Below are positions 27,605-32,000 of a DNA stretch of 32,000 bases, piece by piece. Source of the DNA: Erysipelotrichaceae bacterium MTC7 (lineage in GTDB: Bacteria; Bacillota_I; Bacilli_A; Erysipelotrichales; Erysipelotrichaceae); assembly GCA_001695645.1 (NCBI GenBank), contig LVZN01000005.1, forward strand, positions 30,001 to 62,000, in the 5' to 3' direction. Below the pieces are notes generated by a model. That model was not told where the DNA came from and ran no database searches. It was given only the letters and a program-made list of their open reading frames with translations. Positions within the stretch are counted from its first letter, which is position 1. Each line of letters begins with the position of its first letter. Position numbers and translations under genes: made by a program.

Positions 27605-28471
27605 ATGGCATTAGTATCAGCAAAAGAAATGCTTGAAAAAGCACATGCAGGACATTACGCAGTTGGTCAATTTAACATTAACAACTTAGAATGGACTAAA
27701 ATGATTTTATTAGCTTGTGAAGAAGCAAAATCACCAGTAATCCTTGGAGTATCTGAAGGTGCTGGAAAATACATGACTGGTTACAAAACAGTAGTTGCAA
27801 TGGTTGAAGCAATGGTTGAATCATTAGGAATTACAGTTCCAGTTGCATTACACTTAGACCACGGTTCATACGAAGGGGCAAAAGCTGCTTTAGAAGCTGG
27901 ATTCTCATCAATTATGTTTGATGGATCTCACTACCCATTCGAAGAAAACTTAGAAAAATCAAAAGAAATCATCGAACTTTGCCACAGCAAAGGTGTATCT
28001 GTTGAATGTGAAGTTGGAGCAATCGGTGGAGAAGAAGATGGTGTTGTAGGTTCAGGTGAAGTTGCAGACCCTCAAGAATGTAAAGTTATCGCTGACTTAG
28101 GTGTTGACATGTTAGCTGCTGGAATCGGAAACATCCACGGAAAATACCCTGAAAACTGGGCTGGATTAAACTTCGAAGTTCTTGGACAAATCCAAGATGT
28201 AACAAGCGGAAAACCATTAGTATTACACGGTGGTTCAGGAATTCCAACTGACCAAATTAAAAAAGCAATCTCTTTAGGAGTATCAAAAATTAACGTAAAT
28301 ACAGAATTACAATTGGTATTTGCTGCTGCTACTCGTAAATACATCGAAGCTGGAAAAGATTTAGAAGGTAAAGGATATGACCCTCGTAAATTATTAGCTC
28401 CAGGATGCGATGCAATCAAAACAGAAGTTCTTAATAAAGTTAAAGAATTCGGTTCTGAAGGAAAAGCGTAA
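27605..28471 (+). CDS. fba: Fructose-bisphosphate aldolase, class II
   Basis: MALVSAKEML...GQFNINNLEW, LHLDHG, GNIHGKYP and LVLHGGSG motifs. Confidence 0.93.
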   Translation: MALVSAKEMLEKAHAGHYAVGQFNINNLEWTKMILLACEEAKSPVILGVSEGAGKYMTGYKTVVAMVEAMVESLGITVPVALHLDHGSYEGAKAALEAGFSSIMFDGSHYPFEENLEKSKEIIELCHSKGVSVECEVGAIGGEEDGVVGSGEVADPQECKVIADLGVDMLAAGIGNIHGKYPENWAGLNFEVLGQIQDVTSGKPLVLHGGSGIPTDQIKKAISLGVSKINVNTELQLVFAAATRKYIEAGKDLEGKGYDPRKLLAPGCDAIKTEVLNKVKEFGSEGKA

Positions 28472-28483
28472 GCTGTTAAAACG

Positions 28484-28513
28484 AAAGTACATTTGAGAAA
28501 ATGTACTTTTTTT
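28484..28513 (+). terminator. fba terminator
   Basis: aaagtacattt gaga aaatgtacttt is an 11-bp stem, followed by T7. Confidence 0.8.
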
Positions 28514-28579
28514 ATGGGAAAGGATGAACTCTTGACTTTTTTTTGATATGATAGGATGCGTAAGCAAGAAGGAGTTTTT

Positions 28580-29269
28580 ATGGATTGTACAGATCAAATG
28601 TTAGAACGCAAAGAAGCTTGGGTTTTAAAAAATGAAAATCTTTTAAAACAAGGGGTCTTTGTGATGGATATCAACAATACGTATATCGATGAAGATTGCA
28701 CCATTGGCTTAGGAAGTACGATTTATCCAAATGTTTGGATTGAAAAAGGTACTGTGATTGGAGAAAATGTAACCATTTTACCAAACTCATTTCTATCCCA
28801 TGCGACAATTGAAAACGGTGTAACCATTGATTCAAGTAAGATTGTGGATAGTATTGTTGGCGAGAATAGTGTTGTTGGACCAATGTCACATTTACGAAAT
28901 CACACCCATATCAAAGGTGACGCTCGTATTGGAAACTTTGTGGAAATGAAAAATACAAATTTCGGTCTAGGAAGTAAGTGTGCACACTTAACCTACCTAG
29001 GTGACAGTGATGTTGGTGAAAAAGTGAATTTTGGTTGTGGTGTTGTCACTGTAAACTATGACGGAAAAAATAAATTCCGTACGGTTGTCGGTGATGGAGC
29101 TTTTGTTGGAAGTAACGTGAACTTAATTGCACCGGTAACCATTGGAAAAAATGCATTATTAGCTGCAGGAAGTACCATCAATAAAGATGTGGAAGATGGA
29201 GCTATGGCGATTGCTCGACCATTTCAAGAAAACAAACCTGAAAAAGGTAATGAATATAAAAACAAATAA
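28580..29269 (+). CDS. glmU: GlmU C-terminal (left-handed beta-helix acetyltransferase) domain only; the N-terminal uridyltransferase domain is missing
   Basis: Aligns by eye with B. subtilis GlmU from about residue 215 to the end (GNFVEMKNTNFGLGSKCAHLTYLGDSDVG, GCGVVTVNYDGKNK, APVTIG...AAGST). Only ~65 nt separate the fba terminator from the ORF. A strong SD, GAAGGAG, lies 5 nt before the ATG at 28580. It sits at the conserved glmU-prs position. Confidence 0.8.
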   Translation: MDCTDQMLERKEAWVLKNENLLKQGVFVMDINNTYIDEDCTIGLGSTIYPNVWIEKGTVIGENVTILPNSFLSHATIENGVTIDSSKIVDSIVGENSVVGPMSHLRNHTHIKGDARIGNFVEMKNTNFGLGSKCAHLTYLGDSDVGEKVNFGCGVVTVNYDGKNKFRTVVGDGAFVGSNVNLIAPVTIGKNALLAAGSTINKDVEDGAMAIARPFQENKPEKGNEYKNK

Positions 29270-29283
29270 AGAAGGAGAAAATC

Positions 29284-30258
29284 ATGGATAAGGAAAAAGC
29301 TGTAGTTTTTGCCCTAACTACAAGTGTAAACTTGGCAAAGGAAATGTGTGAAGTCATTGGGATGGATCTTGGTAACTGTGAGGTAAAACACTTTGCGGAT
29401 GGAGAAATTCTTGTGCAACTAGGAGAAACCGTTCGTGGAAAAGATGTCTTCATTGTACAATCAACATGTAACCCAGTATCAAGCGCAATTATGGAAGTAT
29501 TGATTTTTATTGATGCATGTAAACGTGCAAGTGCGAAAAGCATAACGGTTATGACACCATATTATGGATATGCTCGACAAGATCGTAAAGCACAGCCACG
29601 CCAACCAATTACCGCTAAACTTGTCGCTGATTTATTACAAGCAGCAGGTGCAACACGTGTTGTAACTACAGAATTACACGCTGCCCAAATTCAAGGGTTC
29701 TTCAATATCCCAGTTGATGATTTAAGTGTAATGTGTATTTTATCAAACTACTTTGTTGATAAATTTGGAACTAACGCAGATGATGTTGTCGTTGTTTCAC
29801 CTGACCATGGTGGAACGACTCGTGCACGTAAAGTAGCAAATGCGTTAAACTGCCCACTTGCCATTATTGATAAACGTCGTCCAAAACCAAACGTTGCTGA
29901 AGCAATGAATCTAATTGGGGATGTTAAGGGTAAAAAAGCAATCGTTGTTGATGATATTGTAGATACAGCAGGAACATTAATGGCTGGTATTGATATGTTA
30001 TATGACAATGGAGCTACTGAAGTGTATACAGCTTGTGCACATGCAGTCTTAAGTGATCCAGCAATTGAACGTATCAACAATTCAAGAATTGTTGAGTTCA
30101 TCTGTACAAACTCAATTGAACAAACAGAAAATGCGAAAAACATGCCAAAAATGCGTGTGATTAGTTTAGCTGAATTACTAGGATACACCATCCAACAAAT
30201 TGAAGATGGACGTCCAGTAAGTGAAATGTTACAACGTTTCAACTACGATAATAAATAA
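29284..30258 (+). CDS. prs: Ribose-phosphate pyrophosphokinase
   Basis: GYARQDRK, the PRPP-binding loop IVVDDIVDTAGT, and overall Prs length. Confidence 0.95.
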   Translation: MDKEKAVVFALTTSVNLAKEMCEVIGMDLGNCEVKHFADGEILVQLGETVRGKDVFIVQSTCNPVSSAIMEVLIFIDACKRASAKSITVMTPYYGYARQDRKAQPRQPITAKLVADLLQAAGATRVVTTELHAAQIQGFFNIPVDDLSVMCILSNYFVDKFGTNADDVVVVSPDHGGTTRARKVANALNCPLAIIDKRRPKPNVAEAMNLIGDVKGKKAIVVDDIVDTAGTLMAGIDMLYDNGATEVYTACAHAVLSDPAIERINNSRIVEFICTNSIEQTENAKNMPKMRVISLAELLGYTIQQIEDGRPVSEMLQRFNYDNK

Positions 30259-30265
30259 GTAAAAT

Positions 30266-30288
30266 AGACACTTCGGTGTCTTTTTTTT
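30266..30288 (+). terminator. prs terminator
   Basis: agacac ttcg gtgtct followed by T8. Confidence 0.85.
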
Positions 30289-30363
30289 GGCAAGTGATTA
30301 TTAGGTATCCCTTTAGCTGTGATTTATCGTATAATAAACATAGATGAAGATAAGGGGGATCAC

Positions 30364-30984
30364 ATGAAAGTCTTATTAATGAACGGAAGTCCACGTCCAG
30401 CAGGGTGTACACATCGTGCATTGCTTGAAGTGGAAAAGCAGTTACAAGCCGAAGGGATTGAAACCGAAATCTTGCATATCGGAACAACACCAATCATGGG
30501 GTGTACGTCATGTGGGATTTGTAAAGAGAAAGGACGTTGTTTTCAAGATGATATTGTCAACAACTTTGCCAAGTTAGCAGAAACTGCAGATGGATTTGTC
30601 TTTGGTAGCCCAACCTATTATGCAGATGCATCAGGACCGTTAACCGCATTTCTCAATCGTTTGTTTTATTCAGCTGGTGATAAACTTGCGCAAAAGCCAG
30701 GAGCTGCAGTTGCCTCTTGTCGAAGAGCTGGTGCAATTACCGCATTGGATCATATCCAAAAGTATTTTCTAATAAATAATATGCCAGTTATGGCTTCGCA
30801 ATATTGGAACGTCGTACATGGCTCAACACCTGCAGATGTTGAAAAAGATTTGGAAGGTCTACAAACCATGCGGTCACTAGCAAAAAATATGGCATGGATG
30901 TTAAAGTGCATTGAAGCGGGAATGGAAAAAGGATTGCCATTTCCAGAATATGAAAAAAAGGTGAAAACAAACTTCATTCGTTAA
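30364..30984 (+). CDS. Flavodoxin-like NAD(P)H-dependent FMN reductase / iron-sulfur flavoprotein family protein
   Basis: MKVLLMNGSPR, Cys cluster GCTSCGICKEKGRC, and GSPTYYADASG. The ATG at 30364 follows AAGGGGGA. Confidence 0.8.
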   Translation: MKVLLMNGSPRPAGCTHRALLEVEKQLQAEGIETEILHIGTTPIMGCTSCGICKEKGRCFQDDIVNNFAKLAETADGFVFGSPTYYADASGPLTAFLNRLFYSAGDKLAQKPGAAVASCRRAGAITALDHIQKYFLINNMPVMASQYWNVVHGSTPADVEKDLEGLQTMRSLAKNMAWMLKCIEAGMEKGLPFPEYEKKVKTNFIR

Positions 30985-30993
30985 GGAGGTATT

Positions 30994-31620
30994 ATGTCTA
31001 GAAAAATACTCATTACCATTTCTCGTGAATATGGAAGTGGTGGAATCTTACTTGCCCAAACACTGGGAAAAAAACTAGCGATTCCGGTGTACGATAAAGA
31101 AATGCTCTTTCATATGAGTAAGGAAAGTGACATGAATAAAAGCATTCATGACCAAGTTGAAAAAGACGTCGAAAAAGCGAATTACTATTTTAACCTAGGT
31201 GGTGTTAAATTTTTGGGACCGAGTGGTGTTTTAAGTGAAATTGCTTTACATGAACGTGTCTATACCAATCAACGGGATATCATTTTACAAGTCGCAAAAG
31301 AAAGTTGTGTTATCTTGGGAAGGTGTTCCGGATACGTGTTAAGAGACAATCCCGATGTGGTCCGTGTTTTTATACGTGCGGATTTAGAAGATAAAAAGCA
31401 ACGGGCAATTGAGGTGTATAAAGACGATCCTGAAACGATTGAACAAACAATGCACGATATGGATGTACGAAGATCCAACTATTACAACTACTTTACTAAC
31501 GAAGTATGGGGTAAACTAAACAATTATGATTTGATGGTCAATACAAGTAAAGTTGGCATTGAAGGTGCTGCGGATGCTATCATTGCCTACATACAAGCTA
31601 GGGACGAAGAAAAGGAGTAA
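30994..31620 (+). CDS. Cytidylate kinase-like family (AAA/P-loop-like) protein
   Basis: ILITISREYGSGG N-terminus is typical of the Cytidylate_kin2 family. AAGGAGG SD. Confidence 0.7.
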   Translation: MSRKILITISREYGSGGILLAQTLGKKLAIPVYDKEMLFHMSKESDMNKSIHDQVEKDVEKANYYFNLGGVKFLGPSGVLSEIALHERVYTNQRDIILQVAKESCVILGRCSGYVLRDNPDVVRVFIRADLEDKKQRAIEVYKDDPETIEQTMHDMDVRRSNYYNYFTNEVWGKLNNYDLMVNTSKVGIEGAADAIIAYIQARDEEKE

Positions 31621-31638
31621 GTGTTTACTTCTTTTTTT
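31613..31638 (+). terminator. Terminator after the cytidylate-kinase-like gene
   Basis: aggagtaa gtgt ttacttct stem (one GU) followed by T7. It overlaps the stop codon. Confidence 0.55.
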
Positions 31639-31684
31639 AGTTTACGAAACTGATGGTCCATGCGTAGATAGCATACTGTTGTAT

Positions 31685-31710
31685 AAAAAAAGGCAGCTAT
31701 TTGCTGCCCT
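31685..31710 (-). terminator. Terminator of the ECF S-component gene
   Basis: ggcagc tattt gctgcc stem. The minus strand continues with T7. Confidence 0.55.
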
Positions 31711-32000
31711 TTAAAATTGGTGTTACTTTTTTGTAAACTAGGAATACGACAAGACAAGTTGCAGTTCCTTTGATTAAATTAAACGGTAATACTGCCACAA
31801 GGATAAACATAAATAAATTTGTCACCGGAATACTTGCTTGACTTAAAAATGCTTCGATTGGCATCTTGAAGAAATATGCGTAAGCTGGTAGTAACACAAA
31901 GTAATTTAATACCATCGCAACAACACACAAACTTACAATTCCAACTACCATACCGATGAACGCTTGTTTTTTTGTCTTGTTTTTGTGGTAGAGGTAACTT
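31697..32000 (-). CDS. ECF transporter S component (vitamin-type, RibU/FolT-like), partial; 5' end outside the window
   Basis: C-terminal hydrophobic helices with LPFNLIKG. The reading frame stays open to the window edge (…SYLYHKNKTKKQAFIGMVVG…). The substrate cannot be assigned. Confidence 0.6.
   Translation of the reverse strand, partial: SYLYHKNKTKKQAFIGMVVGIVSLCVVAMVLNYFVLLPAYAYFFKMPIEAFLSQASIPVTNLFMFILVAVLPFNLIKGTATCLVVFLVYKKVTPILKGSK

Noticed and set aside
1-32000. A search for CRISPR arrays, IS elements, integrases, phage genes, toxin-antitoxin pairs or known defence-system genes.
   Set aside because: I saw no spaced direct-repeat arrays, no terminal inverted repeats flanking ORFs, and no ORF with transposase, recombinase, nuclease or defence-like motifs. 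The window reads as core chromosome with local gene decay.

Overview
AT-rich chromosomal segment with Gram-positive (Bacillota-type) signals: AGGAGG-like Shine-Dalgarno sites and hairpin plus T-run terminators. I cannot assign a species from sequence alone. All protein calls rest on motif and family recognition by eye; no database search was run. About 27 genes, mostly housekeeping or metabolic. In order: azoR, tRNA-Gly(UCC), CYTH protein divergent from nadK, nrdD-nrdG, a LytTR response regulator with an AgrC/VirS-like kinase, purD-purB, and a carbohydrate locus. That locus holds a frameshifted IlvD/Edd dehydratase, a GH4 6-phospho-alpha-glucosidase, PTS EIICB, two tandem RpiR regulators, an AEC transporter, PTS EIIA, and a glycerate-kinase/KDG-kinase chimeric remnant. 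Then come an OpuF/EgtU-type ABC transporter, a fluoride operon, fhs, ald, fba, an N-terminally truncated glmU, prs, a flavoprotein, a cytidylate-kinase-like protein and a partial ECF S component. I saw no transposase, integrase, CRISPR array or recognisable defence genes. The best findings are: (1) a divergent fluoride (crcB-motif) riboswitch with an extra hairpin, driving a CPA1 antiporter and a CLC-F gene, with a second unexplained promoter/terminator leader directly before CLC-F; (2) several independent gene-decay events (ilvD-family frameshift, glxK frameshift, glxK-kdgK deletion fusion, glmU lacking its uridyltransferase half, probable remnants upstream of ald); (3) an orphan VirRS-like LytTR system with no peptide or AgrB genes and a glycine-poor kinase lid; (4) a 13-nt inverted copy of the tRNA-Gly anticodon arm in the tRNA promoter/leader. 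I found no convincing wholly new multi-gene system.
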